Of a DNA stretch of 64,000 nucleotides, positions 36,671 to 50,236 are shown in pieces. Position 1 is the first letter of the stretch. The number at the start of each line of letters is the position of its first letter. Made by a program: the position numbers and the translations under genes. Under the pieces are notes generated by a model. The model was not told the DNA's origin, searched no databases, and saw only the letters and a list, made by a program, of their open reading frames with translations. This DNA comes from Gekko japonicus (Eukaryota): the NCBI RefSeq assembly GCF_001447785.1, contig NW_015169819.1, positions 215,500 to 279,499 on the forward strand, in the 5' to 3' direction.

Positions 36671-37732
36671 TAGTCAACTGGCTGGCTCCAGTCTGAATGA
36701 CAAAAGCAACAAACATGAGCCACCCACAGGTCCTAGATACTGTATAGGGACGAACCATGTATGTGAAAGAAGATAACAAGAAAAAAGCTCTCTAGGGGAA
36801 AATGTGCTCTTAGAAGGGACAGAAAATTGAGAGGGGGTGAAGGAGAGGGGAAAATCAGCTCAGTCTGTTCAAGCTCTGGAGCTCTTAGAGAATCCTGGGG
36901 AAGGAATTTTGAAAAGGAGCGTATGATTTTTTAACTGTCACCCCTATCCCATGTTTTTTCACAGGCTCCAACCTAGTAAAGAACTTCATACAGAGGATCA
37001 AGCACTTTAATTAAACCAGCATAACTGCTAGCTGCCTTATCTACTTGTAACTGCAAATGTTGATTAAAACCTTTCCTCCCCAAAGACAGTAGAAATGGGA
37101 GGAGGGGTTCTTTTTAACATCTGTAAAGGCAGTGCAGGCAGGTGGTTTGGGAAATCCATACAGACAAGAGTGCATGTGCAGTGGAGGCCGCAGTGAGGAG
37201 GTGAATTGGGTGAGATCAGATAGAATCCAATATGTATTGGGAAGGGAGGAGAGCAAACCCCCCAATCATCATGGATACCTAAGTGTGTTAAAGCACCAGC
37301 AAATGATCGTGATGCTTTAGCATTAAAGCTAACCAGTACTGACCTGGTCAGTGTCTGCATGGGAGGCCCATTTAGCTTCCAAAAAGGAGACAGTATTTTT
37401 AAAGGATAATTAATGTTCAGTAGGCGTCCTATGACTTGTGCTCCCTGATTATGTTATAAACTTTCCTGTAAGTAACCATCCTTCATTTTATTCATGTAGT
37501 AAACAATAGGTTTTGGGATTCCTTTGCTTTAAATCTGTCAAGTGAGCAAAGCTGGAATAAAACTTGTTCATGTAATATGTTTGTTTATTGTTCTGCAGTT
37601 TTGTAACTGTGGATAAAACTGCGAATGCATATTCCCCAAAGTTCTTCCGACAATGCCTTTAGATCTTGCATGGGTAGTGTCTTCTTGCTCAAGAGTGTCC
37701 TTTACAGCTTGTGCATATTTCTCTTCATCCAG

Positions 37733-37977
37733 ATAGCACCCCAGTCACAGGAAAAATTCTATTGCTTGGCAGCACAGACCCAACTGCTGCTGCAGATCCC
37801 AGAGAAAATCTGGACTGCAATGGAATCTTCCCAGTACTTACAAGCCACACAGTTGTACCTGTTGTGCTGCCACCTCCATGGCATCTTGCAGTTGGATTCG
37901 TCTGGCACCCACTACAGCCCCATCTTGGCATGTTTCCCCATCCTTGCCCGTCAAGTGGCAGCAAGTACCCATTTCAG
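37733..37977 (+). CDS. COG1: COG1 exon 2
   Basis: AG/GT boundaries; encodes IAPQSQEKFY...ASTHFR; 245 nt. Confidence 0.96.
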
Positions 37978-39489
37978 GTAAGCAGCCTACCAGTTTTGCC
38001 ATTGTTTCTTATCCTGCTGTTGTAATGTCTTCTTTTGGAAGGCTTTCATGTTGCAAGAAGGGAAAATGGAACAACAGACATAAAAGATGTATTGGATAGG
38101 ATCAAACAATTAGCTGCTTTCCCTTTATCAGCCAGTCCTTTCAGATGCTGGGAAACTTTATCCCTAGGGTCACAGAACCCACGTGTACTCATTACTCCAT
38201 GGGTTCAGAGGCTGCAGTGGGGAGGAAGAAGGGAACCATTTCACCCCTCTCCTCACCGCAGCTCACCTAGCCATGGGGCTACTGCCTCTGTTTCGCAGTC
38301 ACAAATGGCTGGTGAAGTGAGGAGAAAGTGGGGAAGATCCGCAATATTGCACTGGATCCATCTCATATCTTCTGGTAGGTAATCTAGAAACTATAGCACT
38401 TCAACTGTATCAGTAGGCATTGAAGAAGATAGCTGACTCAGATGTTGCTAATTTCCACACAGTTCTGAGACTTTCTGCTTTCAGATTTCTACCCCTTATC
38501 ATTGCCAAGAATTCCTGAAAAACACCAAGTATAGTTCTTAATACTTTAAAGAACAGTAGTGGTGCAGGTGGGATACAGTTGTTTGCTCCTTGGCTCAGAG
38601 CAAGGTGTTGCTTTGATAAGGTGTGTGAGCTTCCTAACCTATCTGTACAACCAGGATCTTTGCTATTTTTGCACACAAGGAAGGAGAGACCAAATTCAGG
38701 AGCTTAAGCAAACAACCTTTTTTTTTTTAAAGCAGACACTAAAAAGAAATGCATGAACAAATGGGTGCTGCGGGTGCATTTCTCCAAGATGAAAAGCCTG
38801 TTCCAGGAGTGGACCCTGTGCACACGGAGCCCCATTTTGAGTGTCTGCAATAATACTAACCATTTGCTTTCCCCCTTCCTTGGATAGAACAGATCCTTGG
38901 TACTATAAGGTGGTCTTCTACATGCACTGGCCTGGCTTCTGGACATGGTCTTTTAAACTTGGGGGAACGTGCATAGCCCAGTGCTTCACATAAGTTTTCT
39001 TGTATTGGTCTTAGTACATATTCTTTTGATAATGTCAGAGGCACAGATCAAAACTCCCCCTAGTGTTGTATGAACATTGTCTTTTGTTAATAGGTTTGAT
39101 GCACATTCTTAAAACTGAATCACCATATAGTAAACACAAAAGCATAGTAGGGCAGGCTTCTAACCCTGGATTAGCATATGGCTGTCGCAATATGAAGTCT
39201 AGGCACTTTGGCATATTATGTAAAACTTATGTAAGAGAATCACCTGAATGTTGATTATATATTGTAGCCTTGTCTCGATGGGTATGTTTTCTTTGACCGT
39301 ATATAACAGTGTAGAATAGGGCTTTCAGTGTTGGGAGTAGGATCTGGGAGACCTAAGACTGACTCCAGTTCCACCAAAGAATCTCCCTGGCAGCTTTGGC
39401 CCAGTCACTCTCGCTCAGCCTAACCTCCCCACAGGGTTGCCGTGAGGATAAAATGGAGGGGGGAAAGAACATAAAATGGATGAGGGGAT

Positions 39490-39816
39490 TAAAGGTAAAG
39501 GTAAAGGTTCCCTTGCTCGAAAGCCAGTTGAATCCAACTCTAGGGTTGCGGTGCTCATCTCTGTTTCAAAGCCGAAGAGCCAGCGCTGTCCAAAGACGTT
39601 TCCGTGGTCATGTGGCCGGCATGACTAAACACCAAGGCACACGGAACGCTGTTACCTTCCCACCGAAGTGGCACCTATTTATCTACTTGCAATTTCTTGC
39701 TTTCAAACTGCTAGGTTGGCAGGAGCTGGAACTAGAGACGGGAGCTCACTCCGTCTTGCGGCACCCGGGTCTCGAACTGCTGAACTTCTGACCTTCCACA
39801 GCCTGCAGTTCAGCGT
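39490..39816 (-). mobile_element. Sauria SINE (5' truncated) nested in an older CORE SINE spanning about 39324-39873
   Basis: High identity to the other copies; flanks resemble the SINE at 36478. Confidence 0.9.
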
Positions 39817-40099
39817 TGTAAAATATTTTGGGCCCCATTTGGGGGGAAAGCACGATGTAAAGATTTAAATAAAAATCCAAGGCTTTTTACAACATAAGGT
39901 TAAAAAATGTGGGCAAATATGTCCTGTTGGCATCTTTTCCTAACACTTAAAGGAAATAGCTTTAGATCTGACTTCATAACTCTGGATATGACACTTACAG
40001 AAATGGCTGAATATATTCTCATTTTAGGACTTTGATGTTAGGCATCAAATGACATTTTCCCCACTCCAGTTCTTGCTTTGAACATACAAAGTTACCTTA

Positions 40100-40265
40100 C
40101 ACTAAAGGAGACCCTGGTCTAGTCTGCTTTGACAAACAGGAGCTCACTGTGGTCTCAAGCGAAGAGAGCGTTTTCCCCAAACCTGCTGTTATTCTAACTG
40201 GAGATGCCAGGGATTGAAACCACAGTTTTCTGCATGCAGAGCATATGCTCTGCCATTGAACTACA
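40100..40265 (-). mobile_element. Degenerate tRNA-derived SINE
   Basis: Minus strand reads gtagttcaatggcagagcat..ggtttcaatccctggcatc (A and B boxes). Confidence 0.6.
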
Positions 40266-40325
40266 GATTTGAAGTTTAAAGTTCTCTTCTGAGTAATACA
40301 TCTTCCCCCTGTGCCTCCCACATAG

Positions 40326-40507
40326 GTCCACTATCCTACAGGAGAGCAAGTCACTGTTGAAATCCCAGACTGTTTTGGATCAAGCAGTAGCAGAGGCCTT
40401 ATGTTCAATCATGCTTCTTGAAGATAGCTCTCCACGCCAGGCTCTGGCAGACTTCCTGCTGGCCAGGAAATCTGCAATTCAGCAGCTTTTGAACCAGCCT
40501 CATCATG
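40326..40507 (+). CDS. COG1: COG1 exon 3
   Basis: Encodes STILQESK...LLNQPHH; 182 nt; phases consistent with neighbours. Confidence 0.96.
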
Positions 40508-41046
40508 GTAAGGACAAGCATCATTATCTCCTAGATCAGTGCAAATGTTGTCCATTTCTTTTCCTGACCTTTGTTTTCCTCTCCACTGGCTGATATGATC
40601 AAGGTTTAGCATATTTTTTGGGGTCCTTTTCTGTTTGCATCACTATATTGAGTGTAATGTGCCAATATCAGGGATGCAAATATTTCCTCTATAAAGCAAT
40701 AGCAGCTAGATGAGGATATCTGATATCCTTGGAGAAGCCATATCAGCAGCTCTGGGTATAGGTTTCTTCCCCCCAGAGGCTCTCTTCATGACCGGCCACA
40801 TCATTCAGCATTCTTGTATCTACGGTTAGATAAAATTTACATGTTTACCATTTTCCCCTGCTTTGAAACATTTAACTGTGGAGGATATGGAAAGATGTTA
40901 AGGTATCCAAGTGTTCACTTTCTTTTTGCCAGCAATAGAGTGAAAGGCTTATCGTCCATGCCTTTCACAGGAGTGATTCTTAGTTGCTGAATAAGAATGT
41001 GGACCTGGCTGCCACTCATTAACCAGCTATAATTTCTTCTAAACAG

Positions 41047-41217
41047 ATGCGGGCATTAAAGCACAAGTCTGCTCTTTGGTAGAGCTCCTAGCCACCACGC
41101 TGTATCAAGCTCATGCCCTTTTCTACACCTTGCCAGAGGGCATGCCCTCAGACCCATCCCTCCCTTCGGGCTTGCTCTTCTCAGCACTGGAGACCATCAC
41201 AAGCCAGCATCCAGCAG
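41047..41217 (+). CDS. COG1: COG1 exon 4
   Basis: Encodes AGIKAQVCSLVELL...SQHPA; 171 nt. Confidence 0.96.
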
Positions 41218-41334
41218 GTGAGCAGCAAGGGAGGCAGAAGCAGCGACACCACAAAGGAGCATCTCCTTGTCTGGTTAGGATGCAGTACAGTTCCCATTGA
41301 ACCAGTCTCTTCTCTCACTGTACAATTCTCTTAG

Positions 41335-41491
41335 GTAAAGGCATAACAGTTTTGAAAGAAGAAACCAAGTTGAGCACCTGGTTCAAATACTTGCCTCCTT
41401 CCATAACAGAATTCCAGCTGACTCTCAGAACTCTGGCACATCCCATAAGCCAGGATTACCTTAGAGATACGCTGCAGAAATGGATCAACAT
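41335..41491 (+). CDS. COG1: COG1 exon 5
   Basis: Encodes KGITVLKEETKLSTWFKYLP...LQKWIN; 157 nt. Confidence 0.96.
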
Positions 41492-42588
41492 GTGAGTCTA
41501 TGAGGAGCTTCTCTTACTGGAGGCATTTGTTGTTGCTGCCCAATGGAAAAGCATGCTGTGTGTTTCCTTGTGGGCATGTGGTTGTGGGAGAAACATAGTG
41601 GTTGAGTATTATGCAGCGGACACCATCCCCATTCTGCCAGTTGTGTGAATTATAAAAGACTTTCTGAATAGCACAAGCATATATGGAGATTTTTTAACAG
41701 TGTTGGAGTTTGGTCCTATGCTGGCAGGGCAGTGAGAAGGTCTGGCATTTATTGCTATTCAGGCTCCATGGGCATACATTGTGTCCTAGCTTACTGCCCT
41801 AACATACATTGTGTCCTAGCTTTCTGGAGCTATGAGAGAGACTGGGACTAAGTTTGACAATTTTTTTTGCAAATTACCACCTATGTTAAGATTCCCCCAC
41901 CCCTCCAACCATTCAAGAAGACCGAACATGGTTTGTTCAGGGAGAACGTAACTTTATTTGTGCACTGTTTTAATCATGTAGATTCATGGTTCCATGTGCC
42001 TGACCTTTGCTGGGCATTACATAGCATCACTTATATAAGCACATAAGTGATCTTCAGTGCAACTCTTAACCATTCCATACACATTGTATGTGTTCATTAA
42101 ATATGTATTCCACCTTTCCATTAAAATTCTCAAGGGAGCTAACAAAAATCAAAGGTGCATCAGTACAAAATAAAAACCTGTGAGGTGGCACTTTTCTTGA
42201 GAATAGGGGGGGCCGAATCCTAACCCTGTTTTCTGTTGACAGAAGATGCTTCTAGCAGCAGAAGGGTGGTGGTAACCCTCACCTTCCATGATGTTCCTAG
42301 GGGTCCACTGATTCCAGGGAAATGATTTCGGGGAGCATAATGGGACAAAAGAAGTTTGCTTCTGCTTATGTTGCTCTGATCACACTCAGTGAGATTCATC
42401 CCATTGTCAAGTGGTTGTAGCAAGTCTGACAATGGTGAAATGTCCTTGGGCCCTTTCTTGGCTTATTTGGTTGGTGTTTTTTCTGCCTGCAGCAGGGATG
42501 ACAGCAAGAAATTGTATAGGAAGAAATGGCCTTTCCACTGTAAAGGGAGTTGTGCAATTTGGTACTCACTGTCCAGCATTTCTTCCAG

Positions 42589-42799
42589 GTGCAAGGAAGA
42601 TATCAGAATTGGGATTACAAGCTTGCTGGTGTATGTGAAGAGCCTGAAAGGTCTGGCTGGGATCCGTGATGCAGTGTGGGAGCTGCTCACTAGTGAGTCC
42701 ATGAGCCAGAACTGGGAGACAGTGTGTTGCCGGCTCCTGGACAAGCCCCTTTCTTTTTGGGAAGATCTGTTGCGACAGCTCTTCTTGGACAGATTACAG
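42589..42799 (+). CDS. COG1: COG1 exon 6
   Basis: Encodes CKEDIRIGI...LFLDRLQ; 211 nt. Confidence 0.96.
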
Positions 42800-43292
42800 G
42801 TGAGAAACTGGTGGAGCTTGGCTAGGTATCTGTAGCCTTAGGCATTTGGTTTAAATGCATTCTGAGTCAAGGAAATGGAATTTCCTTGCGGGAAACAGCC
42901 CCTTCTTTAGAAGAACTACATTGGAACTGTTAGTGTTTGGTTTCCTCATTGGTTAAGCTTATATATGAATGCATTTCTCTCCCCCTGCTGATGTACCCTA
43001 TATATCTGCTTTCCTCTTCTTGCCTGTTTCCCAGGGAAAGGAACCCTCATCTGCAGGCTCAGAAGCAAGAAATCGTCCATGCTGACCAGCTGTCTAACTC
43101 TCATTAGTCAGCTTCTGTTTTGAGTACAGTCACAAGAAGAACCTGGGGGGGCAAAAAGGGGGCAGATCTTAAAGGCTTTTCTCACAACCTAAAATAGAGC
43201 TCCCTCGGTATTTCTTGCTAAGCATAAAGCCATCCCTGTGCTCCTGCTGTGCCAGCTGCTGTTTCTGCGCGTAACGAGCTTTTCTTTTTCAG

Positions 43293-44081
43293 ACTCTGAC
43301 CAAGGAAGGATTTGATGACATTGCCACCAGCTCAGGGGAGCTCCTTACGCTGGCGGTACAAGAGCTCGAAGCTAAGTTTGGCAGCCCAACCCACAACAAA
43401 CACATCCTATTTGAACAGAATATGGCCTCTTTCTTGTGGTCAGAGAGTCCTAATGACTTGCTGCCTGATGCTGCCTGGATCACGGTGGCAAACCGCAGCC
43501 AGTTCACCAAGAGTGGGTTGTCCATGAAGGCTCGAGCTCATAGCCCTTGCGTCCAGAGCTTCTGCAGCGCTCTGGATTCCAAGATGAAGGTCAGGCTGGA
43601 TGACCTTCTGTCCTACTTGCCCTCAGACTCCTCTCTGTCCAAGGAGACGCTGAAAATGCAGTCCTGGAACTCTGCCTTTGACAGATATGCTGACACCGGC
43701 ACAGTGGAAGAACTGTTGCGCAGCCACTGCATCCGCTGTGTGGATTACATGCTGGGCAGCATAAGGGAAGAGCTGCATCGTGCGGAGGGTGTGCTTCAAG
43801 GGTGCCAGGATGCTTTGCACAGCCCCACCCTAAACACTGTACTCTTCATGGCACGGCTCTGCCGGTCACTGGGGGAGTTGTGCCCACACTTGAAGCAGTG
43901 CATTCTGGGTAAACCAGGTAGCCCAGAGGGTGTGACAAGGGAGCTCTGGTCTCTGAAAAAGGCGGGCAAAGGAAAAATTCAAGAAGTGGATCCTATCAAG
44001 GCTAAATGGCAAGAGCTGAATGAGCGGCTGATGCAGGACAGCCTGTCTGCCTATCGAATATGGCACAGTGTCGTCGCTAAA
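43293..44081 (+). CDS. COG1: COG1 exon 7
   Basis: Encodes TLTKEGF...WHSVVAK; 789 nt; overlaps ORF 43422-44099. Confidence 0.96.
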
Positions 44082-44545
44082 GTGAGTGGCTTTTTTTGAG
44101 GGATTTTCCTTTTCTGCTGCACTTGCTTTGGTCATTTGACAGGTCTAACACTCCCATCTTACAGAAAGCACAGTGGCTTATTTTATGTATAGCTCCCTTG
44201 CCACCATACCACTGAAACCTGTAATGCTCCAGTAAAACAGAAAAGTGTCATAAAAATATGTACATTTGCCACCCTGAGGGTTTTGACAGGACATGGGATA
44301 GCAAAACAGAATTTGGCTGAAGTCAGAGCTGCTGGCACCTAATTCTTTTTCATCTTTCCTTGATATTGACATCTGCCTCCAACAGGTGAAAACTAGTTCC
44401 TTTGTAGAGATAACAATTTGGGATGTATGTATTAAATTGATGGTTTAAAAAATGGGGAAAAAACAGTTTAGAATTGGAAAGCTGCTAATGAGGTCTAGAT
44501 AGCAAATCTTGTCAGTTTGTAGAAATTTTAGCTTTAGATGGTGGC

Positions 44546-44668
44546 TATGTTTGTGGTTGCTGTGCACATACGACTTACAGGCACGGAACCTCGTTCAGGC
44601 TGCAGCTTGGATATGTTTGTGGTTGCTGTGCACATACGACAGGCACGGAACCTCGTTCAGGCTGCAGC
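44546..44668. repeat. Tandem duplication, about 66-bp period, upstream of COG1 exon 8
   Basis: tatgtttgtggttgctgtgcacatacgac..aggcacggaacctcgttcaggctgcagc occurs twice. Confidence 0.92.
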
Positions 44669-44706
44669 ACTGTCCTGCTACCGACCTTGTTTGTGTTTCA
44701 TGCTAG

Positions 44707-44853
44707 GTCCTGGTTCAAAACTTCATGCAGTCCTTACTGAAGGATGAAGCTGGGTCCATTCTAGCCACAGCTACCAACTGGGAGGAAATTGAAATTGAGG
44801 AAGAGACTGAGACTGGAAGTAGTATTAAGTCCAAGATACGACTGCCTGTCCAG
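44707..44853 (+). CDS. COG1: COG1 exon 8
   Basis: Encodes VLVQNFMQSL...SKIRLPVQ; 147 nt. Confidence 0.96.
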
Positions 44854-45975
44854 GTGAGATTAAAGGCAGCAGCAGTCTAAAATGTACCTAAAAACAGCAA
44901 GAGCGCAGTGTTATGAATAATGGTCCGTCTGTACAGTGTTCGGTCTACATATGATGAAAGAAAACTGACATACAGAATACCCAATAACCCTTAAGCAGGC
45001 TTATCATTCACACTCCCATAGCAGGGTATTACAAGCCTGCAGCCCCAGTTTCCCACCTCAAGGAACAGGAGTGGGAGGACAAAAAGGCCTCCACATAGTG
45101 ACATTGTAGGAATTTAGTTATTACTTAGAAAATGTATGTGCCTCCTGCCCAGAGACCTGCTCAAGGTAGCTTACAACTGATAGCTAATCTTCCCTAGTCT
45201 ATAGTAAAGACCATAGAGACTGCAAGGGCAGCATAGAGCATCACCTGGAAGTGGCATTACATCCTTCCTAAACTCTAGTCTCCCCAGGCATCTCCTCCTG
45301 AATTCTCCTGGCATTTGACAAGGCAGCGTTGGAAAACCCTACCATGAGCCTGCTTTGATTCCAAAGTTCCCTAGCATGTACACTGTGGCTTGCTTGTCCT
45401 TCATTTCTTCTTATGCCTCCAAAGAAGGAAGAGCAGTTACTAGGACACAATACCTACTTCCAGTGTTGTTGTTTCACAGAAATTTATAGGTTTTCGTTGC
45501 AAGATGGTTGTGATTGGATTTTAGCAAGAGACGTAATATATAGGAGGCGGCATCAACTTGGAAATCTCACCTTTCCTCCCAAAAAGAGTTCTCCAGGCTT
45601 TCAGGAACTTAAGCAAACTGTTCCTCTACCCCTTCCCTTTCTTTAATTTAATTTGGCTGCTTTCCGCATCCTGTTTCTTCTGCAGCATTATCAGGCCCTT
45701 TTGGAGACTTATTACTTTCTTTAATTTATAATGTCTTATTTTTCTTCCTTTCTGGGGAGATTCCCCAAGTAGGTAGAATCTCCTGTCTTTTCTATGGGTG
45801 GCACCATTGTGCCGCTTCTCTGGCCCACACAAGGGCAAGCTAGTTTGCTATTAGATATAACGATGGACCTTTGATGAACAACATTGTTACCAAATAAATG
45901 TGGGACTAGACAGATGAAAATCCTCTTTCCAGAATGTGTACTATGTCCCCCTATGCCGTTTGATATTATTTGCAG

Positions 45976-46137
45976 CCATCCTGGAGTGTCCAAGCTCTCC
46001 TCTTCAGCTTGTGCCAAGAAGTCAGTCGAGTTGGTGGTCACACTCTTCCAAAGGTCACCTTGCAAGAATTACTGAAGAGTTGTATGACTGAAATATTAGC
46101 CGGCTATGAAAAACTGTCAGAAGGGAAGCAGGAAAAG
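45976..46137 (+). CDS. COG1: COG1 exon 9
   Basis: Encodes PSWSVQALLFSLCQEVSRVGGH...KQEK; 162 nt. Confidence 0.96.
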
Positions 46138-46744
46138 GTGTGTGCCTGTCAGCTACTGTGGTATTAGATCAATGTCCTTTGAGCTTCTGAAAGTAAAACT
46201 ACTGATGCCCCCTGCTTCAGTTTTACTGGATTATAGGTTTAAACCTCCCTCCCAGTTTACCAGGTTTATTAATTAGGGAAGCCCTAAGGAATCTGGGCAC
46301 TTTCTTGTGCAGAAAAGACATGGACCTTTGATCACCTTGGACACAATTACGTCATGTTTCCATTGCTGCTTGTGTGTCTAATTTCTCAGTAGCTGCAGAT
46401 CAAATGATAACCCTTCATTTACTAATTCATTGTATGTTGCAAGATCTTTATTCTGTGCTGGAAAGGAAAGCTAGAAAGTGGTGTAAAAACATGAAAATAA
46501 TTTTCTTCTGGCTCAGACCAACCCAGGATTATGTCTCCTGTAAAGACATGTTAGAAGCAAGGGCTGGTCAGACTTGGTATTTATGAAGTGCTGCTTATCA
46601 TGTGGTTTGACCTGGATGGCCCAGTCTCATCAGAGGAGATCTGAAGTGGTTGTTAACTTTCCCTTCCAAAAAGTGCGTGATTGGGAAACCAGGCATCTGT
46701 CTAGGAATATGCTTAATTACATCTCTTTGCCCTTTTCTCTGCAG

Positions 46745-46872
46745 AAAGAAGGGATGCTGCCAATCACCCAGAATAGGGCTTTACAACTCTTATATGATCT
46801 TCGGTATCTGAGCATAGTACTGACAACAAAGAGGGAAGATATGAAAAGCAGCAGAAACAAGCAAGATTCCAG
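46745..46872 (+). CDS. COG1: COG1 exon 10
   Basis: Encodes KEGMLPITQNRALQLLYDLRYL...QDS; 128 nt. Confidence 0.96.
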
Positions 46873-47529
46873 GTGCTATACACTGGGAAGGGTTGAACAG
46901 GGTTACTTCTCCTGTAGTTGCAACTCTCCACAATGTTGCTGCACCTTTAGTGAGAGGGGAAGGAACTGGATCCTCACCTGTTCTGCGCTGATATTACTGT
47001 GCATGCATTTGGTGACAAAAGGGGGTGAGGCTCAAAAAGCATGGCTAAAAACATACAAATGGTGCTACAATATGATCGACAAGACCGGAGCTACTGCTAT
47101 GAGGTGCAGCAGTGTTCCTAGTAACAAGAAAAGTCACAGCAGCTTCCAGGAAAGGTTTCTCTAGGGCACCTTATTATAAACAGGATAAGAGAATGCATGT
47201 TGAAATACGTGGATAACTTGACCTCTGGCTAGTAGGACATCAGCTCAAGTGTAACTGAAGGTTAAGATGTAGCTTTGAATACTAGAATGTATTTCTCACC
47301 ACATTAAGGAACTGAGCAATAGCTGGTTATCTGACTGCAGCACTTACTTAGTTTCCAGGTATTGTGTAATGGAGTTAAGATTAAACAGCTGCTTTTTGTG
47401 TTTTCACTTTAGTTTCAACTGTCAGTGAAGACGTAACTTCTTGTCCATGGCATGCTTAAAGCAGATTCAATAGTAGATCTTGTCTGTGATTCACAATTGC
47501 AAATAGGACAGCTTTCTTTCTCATTTCAG

Positions 47530-47638
47530 AACTGAGAAACTGACAGACTTTCTGGAAAGCTACATAGATCCCTTTGACTTGGATGTCTTCACCCCACACT
47601 TAAACAGCAACCTTAACCGCCAGGTGCAGCGAACCTCT
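47530..47638 (+). CDS. COG1: COG1 exon 11
   Basis: Encodes TEKLTDFLESYIDPFDLDVFTPHL...QRTS; 109 nt. Confidence 0.96.
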
Positions 47639-48016
47639 GTAAGTGCCAAAGAAGCATCCTGTCACATTAGGATATAAAATTTTGTAAAATATATTTGGCT
47701 ACTGTAGACTTACCACACAAATTTAGATTGACTTCAGGCACACAGACTTGGTATGCTGACAGGGTAAACAACAGTGGCCTGTATCCTACCATTCCACTAA
47801 TCAAAGTAGGCCACCACCCCACTACTGGCTAATTGAATGGGTGATATGCAAGCACTGGTTTTAGACAAGCATTTTGAAGTAAGCCCAGGTGTCCATGAAA
47901 GAGCAATCACATGTTTAAGAGGTAGCACAGGACACAACCATCATCTACTAGGAATACCTGGAAGCTGAATGTTCTGCCACCCAAGCAAGCCAACTTCCCT
48001 CACTTCTGTTCTCTAG

Positions 48017-48126
48017 GTCTTATTTGGCTTATTAATTGGTGCAGAGAACCAGTACACCAGCCGAAGCAGTGGTTCAACTTCTCAAGAGTCACACAACACC
48101 CTACCTCTGGCATCTAGTCAGATCAG
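48017..48126 (+). CDS. COG1: COG1 exon 12
   Basis: Encodes VLFGLLIGAENQY...LPLASSQI; 110 nt. Confidence 0.96.
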
Positions 48127-48223
48127 GTATGCGACTTCTGTTACATTCAATAGAAAGTACCCCATTGGAAATGAAGCAGCTGAGAATGGGAAGTACAGTT
48201 ACTTCAGTTTCTGTTTCTTTAAG

Positions 48224-48302
48224 GTTTGGGCTCTTGCCACTCAGCATGTCAAGCTCTCGGAAGATTAAGTCAGCACTGAGAAGTTCTGAACATAAAGCTC
48301 AG
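48224..48302 (+). CDS. COG1: COG1 exon 13
   Basis: Encodes FGLLPLSMSSSRK...HKAQ; 79 nt. Confidence 0.95.
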
Positions 48303-48394
48303 GTTGGTATATATGAGGGAAAATATCATAAGGAAAAAACGCATGATTTTTTCCTATTCTCTTGCCTAGTGGTCCCAGAGGCATTCAATCTTCT

Positions 48395-48625
48395 AAATGT
48401 TTATTTCAGGTCATTTATACTCCCCTTTTCCCTCCAATGGGAACCTAAGGTGTCTTACAACATTATTCCCTTCTCTGTTTTATCCTCATAACCTGTGAGA
48501 TAGGTTTGGCTGAGTGTGTGCAACTGGCCCAAAGTCACTCAGCAGGCTTCCATGACAGATAGGGGAACTGAACCTGGGTCTCCCAGATCATAGTCTAACA
48601 CTAAGCACTACATCATGCTGGCTGT
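48395..48625 (-). mobile_element. tRNA/CORE SINE
   Basis: actggcccaaagtcactcagcagg core and gaacctgggtctcccagatc B-box region. Confidence 0.7.
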
Positions 48626-50098
48626 CAAAATAGTTTCCCAAGGAACTAAGGAGAAGTTCTAGGGACAGGGGTTCTTGTAGAATTTCCTTTAAAAAGGCCC
48701 CAGAACAACATTTTAAAACTGCTTTTAGCCGTGGAGAATAACTCACCAGTTTTACAGAGTAATAACTGAACTCATCAAGGTTTAAATGCATTGACAACAT
48801 AAGTAAATTTTAAGGACAGACTCTATTGGTAGTCCAGAGTTGTACATTAACAATTCTAAACCTTCCTTCAGTCTTCCCTTGAATTTAAAAGTAGTTTAAA
48901 AAGGAATGTTAAAGGGGTGGCTATCTAACTGTCTTGTACCCTTCATTCCAGTATGATGCTGACCAGTAACTCCAGAAGAAGCCTTTGTTGGGGTATCAAA
49001 GTGTTTGTGAATTGAGTGGCTTTTCCTTTGTTTGTAGGTTTGTGTTTTGCATTTGTGGAAAGCTGTTGCTGTGATAGAGCTTCCTGTAGGCTATAGAACC
49101 CAGTAGCTTTCTGCCAAGCTGGTATTTGAGAGTCTGAGTGCCGTAGTGGCACTGGCTATACTTTTCACTCTGTGTTACTATGGACCCAATATTGCTGCAA
49201 GGTGCTGAAGGGCATGGACTAATTGTTTGCAAGATAGCTGGTAATGGCCTGATGTGCTAAAGGCAAACAAATCTAACCGTCTACATATTTAAATAGGAAA
49301 ATGCTAATTGCATCCCTCTTCTATAACTGGAATTCCCAACATAGGTTAACTTTACACAGCAACAGCCGTCTTCTGTATGCACAAACTATATATGTACTTT
49401 CCATGGAGTAAATTTGTAGTCCAAAACAAAACCGAGGAAAATCAACATTAAGCTCCACTCATGTTCAAACTATTGAACAATGTTTAATTTAAAAATACAC
49501 TAAGCTGCACCAGAAAACTCAATTTTGGGTCATCAGTCATGTGGAGTTACCAATTACTACTTATTTTACCTTTCCCCTAAGTCCTCTTGTATGGATGTGA
49601 TACGGCCTCAGATTACCAAGCTTTCAAGGATGGTTGTGGACTTTTCATGATGGAATTTTGATTTTAGGTGCATATGTAAAGAAGATGTATTTCACTATTT
49701 TGCTAGGTAACTTGTGATGAACGGTTTTATAAGAGAGTGAGTTCTGTTTTTATGCTGTGGTTATGTTTTATTATACTAATAAGTGTTTGTATGTGAACAG
49801 CTTTGGACAACATTTTTGAGAAACATTTTAAATAATGTGGCAGTAGCCAGAATTCTCAGTACTTCATAGTGACATCCAGTATGGGGTTAAAAAGGAAGTG
49901 CTGTCTGTTCCTAAGGTCTTCAGTCAGAGCCACACAACTTGGGGGTGGCTAGGTGAGATCTATCTTGACACAGAACCAATCTCATGCCTAGTACCTACTG
50001 ACTGGGGCAGGGTACTCTCACCTAGCTCCTGTGTGAACTCCAGATTCTAAGTAGTAATGTTAGATAGGCTACTGACTTTCTTTTGTTAAACACAACAG

Positions 50099-50236
50099 AT
50101 TCCCGCTCCAGCCCTTACAAGAGCAGAAGAGACATTCCGGCCTGGGTCCCTGTTCAGACAGCTTGCCTCAGAAGAGGAAGATACATCAGCACCATCCTTG
50201 TTTAAGCTTGGCTGGCTCTCCAGCATGACCAAGTGA
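50099..50236 (+). CDS. COG1: COG1 exon 14 (terminal)
   Basis: Encodes IPAPALTR...SLFKLGWLSSMTK then stop; the 14 exons sum to 2994 nt, giving 997 aa. Confidence 0.96.
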   Translation: MPAPALTRAEETFRPGSLFRQLASEEEDTSAPSLFKLGWLSSMTK

